DNA from: Candidatus Alistipes stercoravium
GTDB lineage: Bacteria; Bacteroidota; Bacteroidia; Bacteroidales; Rikenellaceae
DNA length: 64,000 nucleotides
NCBI GenBank assembly: GCA_019119615.1
Contig: DWWQ01000006.1
Location: forward strand, 4,079-68,078
Direction of reading: 5' to 3'
The position numbers and the translations under genes are program-made. This document shows positions 29,302 through 40,100 of the stretch, piece by piece. The notes under the pieces were generated by a model, which saw only the letters and a program-made list of their open reading frames with translations, made no database searches and was not told where the DNA came from. The stretch's first letter is position 1; each line of letters begins with the position of its first letter.

Positions 29302-29919
29302 ATGAAAAGAGTATTTTTCGCGCTGGCGGCGCTGCTCCTGGCAGCCTGCGGAGAGTCCACCGTGGTTTTCTACACGGTGCATTACCCCGTTGTTCTGGTC
29401 GAGGCCGAAGTAACCCTCGACGGAGGCAGCGGTTCCGGAGAGGACGACGGAACCACCCCCGACGACGGGACCTCCCCCGATGATGAAACCGCTCCGGATG
29501 ACGGAACGGAAGGGAGCGGCACGGACACCACGAACGGGACAAGGACGGAGAGCGATGGCACGGAGGATCCGCTTGTACAGGAGATCGAGGAGGCGATCGT
29601 CGCAGCGGCGCCCGTACAGGCCGGAGGCGGCTACACGCTCTACTTCTCGCAATACAACGGCGGCAGGGCCCGTATCGTCCGCAATCCCGAATCGGAGCCA
29701 GTCATGGGTCTGTTCGGTAAAGAGCCCACAAAAACCAGTTTCGAGGTGATCTTCGACGATGAGGACTATATCTGCAAGACCAGTTCCTACAACGACGGGA
29801 CGGAGGTGCGGAAAACCGTACTGGAGATCGATCTGACGGAGACCTTCCAGGCACTCTATCCCACGGCCGGCATCACGCGGGCCGTGCGCAGGGAGTACAC
29901 CACGGCAACAGCAAACTGA
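29302..29919 (+). CDS. Hypothetical lipoprotein with acidic repeat linker
   Basis: Lipobox LLLAAC, D/G/T-rich insert, beta-rich C-terminus. Confidence 0.75.
   Translation: MKRVFFALAALLLAACGESTVVFYTVHYPVVLVEAEVTLDGGSGSGEDDGTTPDDGTSPDDETAPDDGTEGSGTDTTNGTRTESDGTEDPLVQEIEEAIVAAAPVQAGGGYTLYFSQYNGGRARIVRNPESEPVMGLFGKEPTKTSFEVIFDDEDYICKTSSYNDGTEVRKTVLEIDLTETFQALYPTAGITRAVRREYTTATAN
29443..29514 (+). repeat. 4 x 18-bp degenerate tandem repeat (DDGTTP/DDGTSP/DDETAP/DDGTEG)
   Basis: GACGACGGAACCACCCCC GACGACGGGACCTCCCCC GATGATGAAACCGCTCCG GATGACGGAACGGAAGGG. Confidence 0.85.
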
Positions 29920-29926
29920 CAAGAAG

Positions 29927-31294
29927 ATGGCAAAGGTCAAGAAAGCCTATTTCTGCAAGAACTGCGGGTTCGAAGCCCCCAAATGGCTGGGCAAATGCCC
30001 CTCGTGCGGCGAGTGGAATACCTTCACGGAGGAGATCATCGCCCGTGAAAGCGGCTCGGTGCCGGCCGTAGCGGCCGGTTCGCTGCCGGCTGCCAGGCCG
30101 CAGCCCGTGCGCGAGATCCGCGAAAGCGAGCACCGCCGCATCAATATCGGCAACACGGAGGTAAACCGCGTGCTCGGAGGCGGCATGGTCCCCGGATCGC
30201 TCATCCTGCTCGGCGGAGAGCCCGGAATCGGGAAATCGACCCTCTCGCTGCAGATCGCACTGGCCGACAACGGGCTGAAGACCCTCTATGTCTCGGGCGA
30301 GGAGTCCGCCGAACAGATCAAGATGCGCGCCCTGCGCATCGGCATCGGGAACGACGACTGCATGATCTATCCCGAAACGCTGCTTGAAAATATCGTGGTG
30401 CAGATTGCCGAACAGAGGCCCGATCTGGTCGTCATCGACTCGATACAGACCATCTACACCGACCTGCTGGACTCCTCGGCGGGGAGCGTCTCGCAGATCC
30501 GCGAATGTGCCGCGACACTGCTCAAATATGCCAAGACGACCGGCACGTCGATCCTCATCATCGGCCACATCACCAAGGACGGCACGATTGCCGGACCGAA
30601 GATCCTCGAACATATCGTCGATGTCGTCCTGCAGTTCGAGGGCGACAGCAACAACATCTACCGCATCCTGCGCGGCATCAAGAACCGTTTCGGCGCGACG
30701 TTCGAAATCGGCGTTTTCGAGATGCTCGAAGGGGGGCTGCGCGGCGTGGACAACCCTTCGGAAATTCTGCTAACGCACTATGAGGAGCCGTTGAGCGGCA
30801 TTGCCGTAGGCGCCGCGGCCGACGGCGTACGTCCCTATCTGATCGAGGTGCAGGCGCTGGTGAGCGGCGCGGCGTACGGAACGCCGCAGCGCACGGCAAC
30901 GGGATTCGACACGCGGCGCATGAACATGCTGCTCGCCGTGCTCGAAAAGCGGCTCGGCATGAAGATGTTCCAGAAGGATGTCTTCCTCAACTTCGCCGGA
31001 GGATTCAAGGTCGCCGACCCGGGGCTGGACCTGGCCGTCGTCGCCGCGGTGATCTCCTCCTACTACGACCGGCCCATCGCCGAAGGGGTCTGCTGCGCAG
31101 GCGAGGTCGGACTCTCGGGCGAAGTGCGGCCAGCGCCGCGCACCGAGCAGCGCATCAGCGAAGCGGCCCGGCTGGGATTCCGCAAGATCATCGTCTCGGG
31201 ATATCTCTCCAAGGAGGCCCGCCGACCGAAGGGCATCGAGATCGTCCCGATCACGGGCATCGACCAGCTGCCCCGAGCTCTTTTCGTGGAATAG
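29927..31294 (+). CDS. radA: DNA repair protein RadA/Sms
   Basis: CKNC..KWLGKCPSC zinc finger, GGEPGIGKST, VIDSIQT, KNRFG motif. Confidence 0.98.
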   Translation: MAKVKKAYFCKNCGFEAPKWLGKCPSCGEWNTFTEEIIARESGSVPAVAAGSLPAARPQPVREIRESEHRRINIGNTEVNRVLGGGMVPGSLILLGGEPGIGKSTLSLQIALADNGLKTLYVSGEESAEQIKMRALRIGIGNDDCMIYPETLLENIVVQIAEQRPDLVVIDSIQTIYTDLLDSSAGSVSQIRECAATLLKYAKTTGTSILIIGHITKDGTIAGPKILEHIVDVVLQFEGDSNNIYRILRGIKNRFGATFEIGVFEMLEGGLRGVDNPSEILLTHYEEPLSGIAVGAAADGVRPYLIEVQALVSGAAYGTPQRTATGFDTRRMNMLLAVLEKRLGMKMFQKDVFLNFAGGFKVADPGLDLAVVAAVISSYYDRPIAEGVCCAGEVGLSGEVRPAPRTEQRISEAARLGFRKIIVSGYLSKEARRPKGIEIVPITGIDQLPRALFVE

Positions 31295-31418
31295 TTTTTC
31301 CGGGACCAGGCAGTACCGGAAGGTTACGGATGCACGAGGGGAACAGCACCGGAAAACCGGCAGATGCGGGCGGGCCGACAGCTTGATCCGGATACCGGGG
31401 GGGGGTGGCCGAACCGGA

Positions 31419-32102
31419 TCAGATTTCCAACTGCCAGGAAAGTTCCTCACGCAGGTAATTCTCGGCGTGAAGGTCTCCCACGGAGCCGACAGCACGAAGA
31501 ACCACCTGTCGGTTTTCTTCATGGCCGGAGGCGATACGGACCAGCAGGGCCACGGCTCCGCGGGCGATCAGCAGTGCCTGCTCCTTCGAGCAGACCGCAT
31601 CCGCCGATTCGGCCCGTTCGGCGGCCCGGTGCAGGGTCTCCAGCGCGCGGCCGATCCACGCCGGATCGGGTTCCGCAAGGCGCGACGCAGCCATCAAAGC
31701 GGCATATTGCAGGCTCCACGGCATGTCGGGAGCCGTCCATCGTTCAAAGAGGTTCGGGAAATCGGGCACGCGGTGCAGCAGAGTAAAGGCGGCCTCCTCA
31801 GCCAACTCGCTATTGACGATACCCTCGCCCCAGAACGGGTACTCTGCCTCGGTCAGGCGTGCAGGATCGGCGATATGGTAGGCTGCAAGGCGCAGTTCGC
31901 GCACGTCCTGCAAGGCCAGGTATTTCGCAAAATCGTAGTCGGGCGTTTCAGCGCGCGCCAGCATGCGCAGCGTCGGAAGGCTCACCCCGTAGTTCAATCC
32001 ATAGGGCGTGCCGACCGGGCGCATGGCATCGGCCACGGCGCCGTTCCGCTCGCGGCGCATGGCCCCGAGCAGTGCCGTCATACGGGTGGTAGGATTCATC
32101 AT
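31419..32102 (-). CDS. DNA alkylation repair (AlkD-like HEAT) family protein
   Basis: GTPYGLNYGVSLPTLRMLA...DVRELRLAA. Start trimmed to 32102 or 32099. Confidence 0.7.
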   Translation of the reverse strand: MMNPTTRMTALLGAMRRERNGAVADAMRPVGTPYGLNYGVSLPTLRMLARAETPDYDFAKYLALQDVRELRLAAYHIADPARLTEAEYPFWGEGIVNSELAEEAAFTLLHRVPDFPNLFERWTAPDMPWSLQYAALMAASRLAEPDPAWIGRALETLHRAAERAESADAVCSKEQALLIARGAVALLVRIASGHEENRQVVLRAVGSVGDLHAENYLREELSWQLEI

Positions 32103-32106
32103 CGGG

Positions 32107-33000
32107 CTATTTGCGGCGCGGAAGAGCAACGCGGACCGTACGTCCGAACTCGAAGAGCGGCAGCACGGCGCGGGCATACTCCTTGCCGCCGGCGATCACC
32201 GTACAGGTGGAGGGATCGGCCACGCGGCACATCACGACGCTCGTCTCCTTGGGTCCCGCCTCCACGGAGCAGGAGGTATTGCCCGAAGGCTCGATCTGCA
32301 GCACGACCATGTCGCCCGAAAGATCGTTCTCGGGAAGAAGGCCCGCAGCCGGGCTGAAACGGCAGAAGATATACTGCTTCTTGTCGGCCGAAGGATAGAC
32401 CAGATAGCGGTGCTCGACCGTCGTGCGGACCTGTTTGCCCAGGAACAGTTCGAGGTACTCCTGCTCGAGGCGGTCGATTTCCTCCAGCGCGGACTTCAGT
32501 CCCTCGCCGAAGACATGTTCGCCGGCCTCGCCCGTGATCAGCTCCATGCGGTGGCGGCGCAGGGCAAAAATCTGCTCGGCGGCACTCCGGGCGGCATCCT
32601 CCAGGGAAAGGATCGTCATCGAGGTGCGATCGGGCTGCAGGGCCGCAAAGGCCTCGTCCGAAGTGGCGTGCGACAGGACCTGCGATGTGGCGGGAGCCGG
32701 GGCCGGAGCCTCATAGACGGCATCGCCGGCCAGGGCGATGCGCGCGTCGGCAATGCTCCACGTCGTCTTGTCCGTAAGCGGAGCACGCACGCCGAGGTAC
32801 TTCTGTGCATAGCGCGCATAGGGGCCGCAGAGGACAGCCGTACGCTCGACCGTCAGATCGACGGCAATGACCGACCGGGGCAGATTGACCGAGATTCCCG
32901 AAGCACTCTCCGTAGCGCCCTCGGGCACGATATAGGGATTTTGCGCCGTGGCGGCAGCGCCGCAGCACAGCAGAAGCAGAGTCAAAAGACGGAATTTCAT
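32107..33000 (-). CDS. DUF4831-family exported protein
   Basis: Signal peptide, LPRS...GPYARYAQKYLG, IFALRRHR..LITG, YLELFLG, FGR near the C-terminus. -7 box at 33027-33034. Confidence 0.75.
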   Translation of the reverse strand: MKFRLLTLLLLCCGAAATAQNPYIVPEGATESASGISVNLPRSVIAVDLTVERTAVLCGPYARYAQKYLGVRAPLTDKTTWSIADARIALAGDAVYEAPAPAPATSQVLSHATSDEAFAALQPDRTSMTILSLEDAARSAAEQIFALRRHRMELITGEAGEHVFGEGLKSALEEIDRLEQEYLELFLGKQVRTTVEHRYLVYPSADKKQYIFCRFSPAAGLLPENDLSGDMVVLQIEPSGNTSCSVEAGPKETSVVMCRVADPSTCTVIAGGKEYARAVLPLFEFGRTVRVALPRRK

Positions 33001-33052
33001 ACGCGGTTCGTTTGAGATACTGAAAACAAATGTACGTTTTTTTCGCTTGCGG

Positions 33053-33754
33053 TCAAAATTTCAGGTAAAAATCACGCGTCAGCGCCCGGTATTCGGGAGT
33101 ATAGCACTCGTGTTCGCCCGTGCCGATAATCAGTTCGGTTCGCTCAAAGCCGACGGCGGCGGCCGCCTCCGGACGCATCAGCTCCAGCAGGCTCCGTTTG
33201 GCCGGATGGCGCGGTGTGGTCCGCACGTCGGTGCGGCGCACGGGCTGCAGCTGTCCGGCACAGACGGCCAAAAACCGCCCGGCCTCCTGCACGGGAAGGA
33301 TAAGCGCAAAACGGCCCGCAGGGGTCAGCAGCCGCAGCACGGCATCGCGCAGCTCCCCGAAGGTGAGGTGCACGGCATGGCGTGCGGCCGTACGGCCCGC
33401 ATCGGGGCAGGTAAGCGAATCGACGAAAAAGGGCGGATTCGAGACGATGAGATCGAACGGCGCATCATGAAAAGTCTGGACGGCACAGGTGCGGAACGTC
33501 AGGCGATCCCCCCACGGTGAGGCAGCGGCATTTTCGCGGGCCTGCTCCACGGTGTCGATATCGACCCCCACAATGCGGGCCCCGGGAAGGCGCTGCGCCA
33601 GCATCAGGGCGATAAGGCCCGTGCCGGTACCTATATCGAGGACCCGCCGGTCGGCGGCAGAGGTCGAAGCCCACGCCCCGAGAAGCACGCCGTCAGTGCC
33701 GACCTTCATCGGGCAGCGGTCCTGGCGGATGGTGAACTGTTTGAAACGGAACAT
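33053..33754 (-). CDS. trmN6: tRNA1(Val) (adenine37-N6)-methyltransferase
   Basis: FRFKQF, MKVGTDGVLLGAW, LDIGTGTG, IVSNPPFF, ARH, RDFYLKF. Confidence 0.93.
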   Translation of the reverse strand: MFRFKQFTIRQDRCPMKVGTDGVLLGAWASTSAADRRVLDIGTGTGLIALMLAQRLPGARIVGVDIDTVEQARENAAASPWGDRLTFRTCAVQTFHDAPFDLIVSNPPFFVDSLTCPDAGRTAARHAVHLTFGELRDAVLRLLTPAGRFALILPVQEAGRFLAVCAGQLQPVRRTDVRTTPRHPAKRSLLELMRPEAAAAVGFERTELIIGTGEHECYTPEYRALTRDFYLKF

Positions 33755-33757
33755 GGC

Positions 33758-34543
33758 TTAAAACTTCAAAGCGCCGTCGATACCGGCGCCGAACAGGGAA
33801 AAATCGTAATGTGCAGGGTCTTCGGCATCGAACGTGCGGAGCGCCGCGGTAAGCTCCTCAACGGCCCGCCAGTCGTTTTGCCGGCGTGTGAGAAGTCCCA
33901 GAGCCCGGGCCGTACGTCCCACATGCAGGTCCAGCGGAAGGCGCAGCGCAGACATCGGGATCCGCTGCCAGAGACCGAAATCGACACCCCGGTCGTCGCG
34001 GCGTACCATCCACCGCAGGTACATGCACAGGCGCTTGCAGGCCGCGCCTCGCTCGATGGAGGAGAGGTGTTTTTCGCAGCGCGGCGCGTGTTCCGCTGCG
34101 AAAAATTCGCGGCGGAAGCCGGCCAGAACGGCCGGCAGGTCGCCCGTGGCGGCATAGCGGCTTTCGAAAAAGCCGCCAAGGCCCCCGTAGCAGGTATCGA
34201 AACGGCGCAGCGCCCGGACAAAGTCGCGGGCATCGCTGCCCCGGAAGGTGCGGTGGACAAAGGCATCCAGTCCTGCCAGTTCGCGTTCCGAGGCGTGGCG
34301 CACGAAATCGGCCGGAGCGTCGTCCATATAGCGCATCAGGCGGTGGCCGTTGCGGACGATCTGCGGGCGGCTGCCCCAGGCGATCGTCGCGGCGAAGAAG
34401 CCCGCGATTTCCCGGTCGGCGGGATCCGTGAAGCGGTGCGGGACCGAAATGGGATCGTCGGGGATGAACTCCGGGCGGTTATAGGTGTCGTGGAGCCGTT
34501 CGAGCAGCTCGCGGAGCGACTCCCGGTCAAAGGATGCGTCCAT
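33758..34543 (-). CDS. TIGR02757 family protein
   Basis: [57 protein letters not shown]. Confidence 0.9.
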   Translation of the reverse strand: MDASFDRESLRELLERLHDTYNRPEFIPDDPISVPHRFTDPADREIAGFFAATIAWGSRPQIVRNGHRLMRYMDDAPADFVRHASERELAGLDAFVHRTFRGSDARDFVRALRRFDTCYGGLGGFFESRYAATGDLPAVLAGFRREFFAAEHAPRCEKHLSSIERGAACKRLCMYLRWMVRRDDRGVDFGLWQRIPMSALRLPLDLHVGRTARALGLLTRRQNDWRAVEELTAALRTFDAEDPAHYDFSLFGAGIDGALKF

Positions 34544-35183
34544 CGGACATGGTGATTTTCCGGTCGGCCATGGCGGCAAGACCTTCGTCGTGCGTTACGA
34601 TGACGATGGTCTGTCCCAACTCGTCGCGCAGGTCGAAGAAGAGGCGGTGGATCTCCTCGCGGTTGCGCGTATCGAGGTTGCCCGAAGGTTCGTCGGCCAG
34701 GAGGACCGCCGGAGCGTTGATGAGGGCCCGGGCGATGGCTACGCGTTGCTGCTCGCCGCCGGAGAGTTGTCCGGGGCGGTGGTCGCGGCGGGCCGCAAGG
34801 CCCACCAGCGAGAGCAGCTCATCGGCACGCCGCTCAACCTCGGCACGCGGCCGCCGGCCGATATAGCCCGGAATGCAGACATTCTCGAAGGCCGAAAATT
34901 CGGGAAGCAGGTGGTGGAACTGGAAGACGAAGCCGATGCGTTCGTTGCGGAACTGCGACAGGGCCCGGTCGCCGAGCGCAAAGGGATCGGCACCGTCGAT
35001 CTCCACACGGCCCGCATCGGGACGCGAAAGCGTGCCGATGATCTGCAGCAGCGTCGTCTTGCCTGCGCCGCTGGCTCCCACAACAGAAACCACTTCACGC
35101 GGCGCCACCTCGAGCGATACGCCCCGGAGCACCTCCAGTGATCCGAAGCTCTTGTGTATGTCCAAAACCCGTATCATGTGCAT
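34527..35183 (-). CDS. ABC transporter ATP-binding protein (LolD-like)
   Basis: [49 protein letters not shown]. Confidence 0.9.
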   Translation of the reverse strand: MHMIRVLDIHKSFGSLEVLRGVSLEVAPREVVSVVGASGAGKTTLLQIIGTLSRPDAGRVEIDGADPFALGDRALSQFRNERIGFVFQFHHLLPEFSAFENVCIPGYIGRRPRAEVERRADELLSLVGLAARRDHRPGQLSGGEQQRVAIARALINAPAVLLADEPSGNLDTRNREEIHRLFFDLRDELGQTIVIVTHDEGLAAMADRKITMSDGRIL

Positions 35184-35192
35184 CTTGTCTTG

Positions 35193-36032
35193 TCAGTGTT
35201 TGTTCTGTTCATAAATCCGGAACAGCCGGACCGTATCGGCAGCCTCGCGCACGTCGTGCACGCGCAAGATCCTTGCACCCTGCCGCAGGCACTCCCAGTC
35301 CAGCGCGACCGTGCCGGCAAGCGACTCCTCGGGAGTCGTATCGAGCGCCTTGTAGATCATCGACTTGCGCGAAAGACCCGCCAGCACCGGGAATCCCAGT
35401 TCGCACAGGCGGTGCAGGCCGGAGAGCAGTTCGTAATTCTGGTCCACGGTCTTGGCAAAGCCGAAGCCCGGATCGAGGATGATCCGTTCGCGGCGGATGC
35501 CCGCGGCCAAAAACCGCTCCACGCGCTCGCGGAAATAGGAGACCACCTCCGTGGTGATGTCCCGGCGGTACTCCGTAAGCGACTGCATCGTCTGCGGGTC
35601 GCCCTTCATGTGCATGGCGATATAAGGAACCCCATAACGGGCGACAACGTCGAGCATCTGCGGATCGAGCTCCCCGGCCGAAATGTCGTTGATGATGACC
35701 GGACCGAACTCATCGAGGACCCGCCGGGCAACCTCGCTGCGGAAGGTATCGACCGAGACGACCGCATCGGGAGCCAGCCGCCGCGCGGCCCCGACACCCG
35801 CCTTCACGCGCGCCCACTCCTCCTCAACGGGGACCTCGGCAGCACCGGGGCGTGAGGAGTAGCCGCCGACATCGAGGATCGTGGCACCCTCCCCCACGGC
35901 TTCAAGAATACGCCGTTCGATGGTCTCGGGCGTACGGGTGCGACTTCCGGCATAGAACGAGTCGGGAGTAACGTTCACAATGGCCATCACCTGCGGCGCG
36001 GCCCAGTGTAGATCAACGATTGCGGGCTTCAT
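35193..36032 (-). CDS. folP: Dihydropteroate synthase
   Basis: VMAIVNVTPDSFY, DVGGYSSRPG, SVDTF, LDPGFGFAKT, GLSRKS, RVHDV. Start trimmed to 36032. Confidence 0.96.
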   Translation of the reverse strand: MKPAIVDLHWAAPQVMAIVNVTPDSFYAGSRTRTPETIERRILEAVGEGATILDVGGYSSRPGAAEVPVEEEWARVKAGVGAARRLAPDAVVSVDTFRSEVARRVLDEFGPVIINDISAGELDPQMLDVVARYGVPYIAMHMKGDPQTMQSLTEYRRDITTEVVSYFRERVERFLAAGIRRERIILDPGFGFAKTVDQNYELLSGLHRLCELGFPVLAGLSRKSMIYKALDTTPEESLAGTVALDWECLRQGARILRVHDVREAADTVRLFRIYEQNKH

Positions 36033-36609
36033 GGCGGAAACGGCGGTCGAGGGTTTCAACGGCGGGCTCGAGTTCCTCCTCGAGGATATTGACCAGCGAA
36101 AAATCGGCCCGGGCACAGAGCGTATCGTCGTCCGTCTGGGCCGCAATACGGCGGCGGACCGACTCGGCATCGCATCCGTCGCGGCGGCAGGTGCGCTCGA
36201 CGCGCAGTTCGAGCGGCGCCAGCACGGCGACCGTACGATCGACTTCGGAAGCGAAGCCCGCCTCGAAGAGGATGGCGCTCTCAAGGATCACATACTCCGA
36301 CGGCTGCCGTTCGGCCCAGGCGGCGAAGTCGGCACGCACGGCCGGGTGTACCAACCGATCCAGATCGGCCAGGGCCTGCGGATCGGAAAAGACGATTCGG
36401 GCCAGACGGGCCCGGTCGAGTGTGCCGTCGTCGCGGTAGGTTTCCGTTCCGAAACGCGCCTCGATACGAGCCCGCAGCTCTTCGGAGCTGTTCATCATGC
36501 GCTTCGCCTCGCTGTCCGAATCATAGACCGCAATGCCACGGGCCGCGAACAGCCGGCAGACGGTACTCTTGCCGCTGCCGATACCTCCCGTTATGCCGAC
36601 CTTGAACAT
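36013..36609 (-). CDS. coaE: Dephospho-CoA kinase
   Basis: VGITGGIGSGKSTV, VHP.V, ESAILFE. Confidence 0.96.
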   Translation of the reverse strand: MFKVGITGGIGSGKSTVCRLFAARGIAVYDSDSEAKRMMNSSEELRARIEARFGTETYRDDGTLDRARLARIVFSDPQALADLDRLVHPAVRADFAAWAERQPSEYVILESAILFEAGFASEVDRTVAVLAPLELRVERTCRRDGCDAESVRRRIAAQTDDDTLCARADFSLVNILEEELEPAVETLDRRFRHEARNR

Positions 36610-36613
36610 GCGT

Positions 36614-37021
36614 CTATTTCTTTTCGGGTGCGTCGATCTCTGGGATCGAATTCACGGAGATGACCTTGATATCGCTGAAACGCACCGAGATGGCATGCTG
36701 CAACGACTGGGGATCGATGACCAGCTTCCCTTCATGCCCCTCCTCTTCGGACGGTGTGGTCTGAAGCTCCGCAAGCGGAATGCGCAGCGTCTTGTTCATA
36801 TAGACCCGATAGCCGAACAGATTGGTTCCCAGGCCCTCGACCACACAGGATATTTCGACGGGCTGTCCGTCGATACTCAAACGGATCGTCTGCTCGGTAG
36901 TATAGGTATAACTTAACTTGGCCAGATACCACAGGATGAACGAGGCGACGAGCAACGCCAGAAAGATCGGCGATACATAACGGCGCAGCTTCCGCAGAAA
37001 GATGTCGATATACTTTTTCAT
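36614..37021 (-). CDS. Short membrane-anchored YbbR/CdaR-like protein
   Basis: N-terminal TM (FLALLVASFILWYLAKLS-Y) resembling the Bacteroidota gene usually found upstream of coaE. Only about 135 aa. -7 box TATATTTG at 37031-37038. Confidence 0.55.
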   Translation of the reverse strand: MKKYIDIFLRKLRRYVSPIFLALLVASFILWYLAKLSYTYTTEQTIRLSIDGQPVEISCVVEGLGTNLFGYRVYMNKTLRIPLAELQTTPSEEEGHEGKLVIDPQSLQHAISVRFSDIKVISVNSIPEIDAPEKK

Positions 37022-37124
37022 AACTTCCTGCAAATATAACGCATGATGGTCGCAATGCCAAATTTATTTACGCATTGCACCCCGTCGCGGGGAAATCCTC
37101 CGGCAGAAGAGGATACCTATTAAT

Positions 37125-37159
37125 AAAAGAGGGGCCGTTCCCGATCGGAACGTCCCCTC
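37125..37159 (-). terminator. Terminator of secDF
   Basis: AAAA-GAGGGGCCGTTC...GAACGTCCCCTC. Confidence 0.8.
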
Positions 37160-37178
37160 ATTCGGATTGCGGAGTCGA

Positions 37179-40100
37179 TTACTTCTCCTCGTCGAGCTTG
37201 GCACGCTTCTTCATCAGATCGTAGGCCATGGGCGTCGCGATGAAGATCGTGGCAGCCGTACCGACGATGACACCGATGATCAGCGCGAAGATGAAGCCGC
37301 GGATCGTCTCGCCGCCGAAGACGACGATAGCCAGCAGCGTTACGAGCGTCGTACCCGACGTGTTGATCGTACGCGACAGCGTCGAGTTGATGGCGCCGTT
37401 CACGAGCTCCTTCAGATTGCGCTTCGGATAGAGCGTCATGTACTCGCGGATTCGGTCGAAGACCACCACCGTATCGTTGATCGCGTATCCGATGATCGTC
37501 AGAATAGCCGCGATGAAAGCCTGGTTCACCTCCAGGTTGAAGGGCAGGATGCCGTAGAACATCGAGAAAATACCGATGATGAGCAGGGCATTGAAGGCCA
37601 GGGCCAGCGTGGCTCCCGTAGCCCACTGCCAACGCTTGAAGCGGAAGGTGATGTAGAGTCCGATGGCGATCAGCGAGAAGAGCACCGAATAGATGGCGTT
37701 CCACGTCATGTCCTGAGCGATCGAAGGTCCGATCTTGTCGGCCGTCAGAATACCGTTCAGGTCGGTCTGCGTGTTGCGGAACTGATCGAAGGAGATCTCA
37801 TAGGAGTAGAGCGGCTTCACGGCGTCGTAGAGGATGCGCTCCACCTCGGCCGTAGCCTCGTCCGACGTATCGTCGTAACGGTACTGCGTTACGATACGCA
37901 TCTGGTTCTCGTTGCCGTACTGCTTCACCTCGATACTGATCGACGAAGCATCGGCGTTGTCGATCTTTGCAAAGGCCTCGGTGAGGTTCTGGCGAACCTC
38001 CTCGGCCGATACGGCCTTGTCGAAGCGAACCACATAGGCGCGACCGCCCGTGAACTCGGCACCCAGATTCAGACCGCGCACGGCAAACGATGCGAACGAC
38101 AGAACCATCAGGGCAATGGAGATCACATAGGCAACCTTGCGCTTGCTGATGAAATCGATATGCGTGTTATTGAGGAAGTTCTCCGACCACTTGTACGAGA
38201 AGGAGATCGTACCCCACTTCGCAACGATCCACTCGATCAGCAGACGCGTGATGAAGATGGCGCAGAAGACCGACGTGAGGATACCGATGATCAGCGTCGT
38301 TGCAAAGCCCTGAATAGGACCCGTACCGAAGACGAAGAGCACGACACCCGTGATAATCGTCGTCAGCTGACCGTCGATGATGGCCGAGTATGCCTTCGAG
38401 AAACCATCCTTGATGGCCAGCGAAAGGCCCTTGCCGCCGCGAAGCTCCTCCTTGATACGTTCGTAGATAATGACGTTCGCATCCACGGCCATACCCATTG
38501 TCAGTACGATACCGGCAATACCCGGAAGGGTCAGCACGGCGCCGAACGAAACAAGCACGCCCATCAGCAGGAAGACGTTGATAAGAAGCGCCACGTCGGC
38601 CATCCATCCCGCCGTCTTGTAGAACAGACCCATATAGAGAAGTACCAGGATGAAGGCGATCACGAACGAGAGCATACCCGCATTGATCGACTTCTGACCC
38701 AGCGAAGGACCTACGACCGTATCCTGGATGATCTTGGCCGGAGCGGGAACCTTACCCGAGTTGAGCACGTTGGCAAGGTCCTGGGCCTCCTGGATCGTGA
38801 AGTCGCCCGTAATCGACGACTGGCCCTTGTCGATCTTGCCGTTCACGCGGGGAGCCGAATAGACATAATCGTCGAGTACGATGGCAATGCACTTGCCGAC
38901 GTTCTCGCCCGTCAGACGCGCCCACTCCTGCGTACCCTCGGCATTCATCGTCATCGAAACCTCGGCCGTGGCACCGCGCTGCGCATACTGCTCGCGCGCA
39001 TCGGTTACGACCGAACCGTCGAGCGGAGCCTTGCCGTCGGGCGTCGAAACCTTGATGGCATAGAGGTAGTAGCGGCCGTCGATATGGTCGTCGCCCTTGA
39101 CCGCCCACTTGAAGGTGATGTCGGCCGGAAGAAGCTCGCGAACCGAAGGCTGCGACAGGTAGGCATTGACGGCAGCCATGTCGGCCTTATAGGCGGCACC
39201 GATGGCGGCACCTCCGGCATATGAAGGATCAAGCACGGCAAAGAGCGGGTTCTCCTCGCGGCTGAAATTGCCGCCCTGGGCAACTTCGGCGGCAGGGGCC
39301 TGCTCGGAAGCGCCCACCTCGGCGATAAGTCCGCTCTCTGTGGCCGTCGTGTCGGCAGCCGATGCTTCGGCGGCAACAGCCTCAACACCCTCCTCGGTGG
39401 AAACCTCCGCCGTCTGCTCGGTCATCTCCGACTTGAGCAGTTTGTCGGCCGATACGAGCATCGGAAGGATCTCGCGGGCATCGTAGGTCGTCCAGAACTC
39501 CAGCGATGCCGTACCCTGCAGCAGGTCGCGGACACGCTGCGGCTCCTTCACACCCGGAAGCTCGACCAGAATACGGTGCGAGTTCGGCAGACGCATGATG
39601 TTGGGCTGCGTTACGCCGAAGTGGTCGATACGGCTGCGGAGCACGTTGAACGATGCGGCGATGGCCGCCTCGGTCTCCTGCTTGAGCATCTTCTCCACAT
39701 CGGCATCCGAACTCTCGAGCGTGATATCCTTGCGGTCGGGGCTGACGAAAAGCGCAGCAAGCGGCTGACCGCCCGAAACACGCTCGTAAGCCTTTACGAA
39801 AACACCGATATAGTCGCTCGACGTACCCTGCTTCAGGGCCTCGTTGGCCTCCGCGATGGCGGCCTGGAACGAAGGATCCATCTGGCTGTCGCCGGCAAGA
39901 GCCTTGACCACATCCTCGACCTGAACCTCCAGCATGACGTTCATACCGCCCTTCAGGTCCAGACCCAGGTTCAGTTCCTTACCCTTGCACTCCTTGTAGG
40001 TGAACTTGCGCAGGCCCATATTGTAGACCGGCAGGTTCTGCACCGAATCGAGGTAGTGCTGCTCGGCACCCGACTGCTCGTCGAGCGGGAACTGTGCGGC

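Noticed and set aside
31397-31405. G9 homopolymer (possible phase-variation tract)
   Set aside because: It lies in the loop of an inverted repeat (TGATCCGG...CCGGATCA) at the 3' ends of convergent genes, not in a CDS or promoter.
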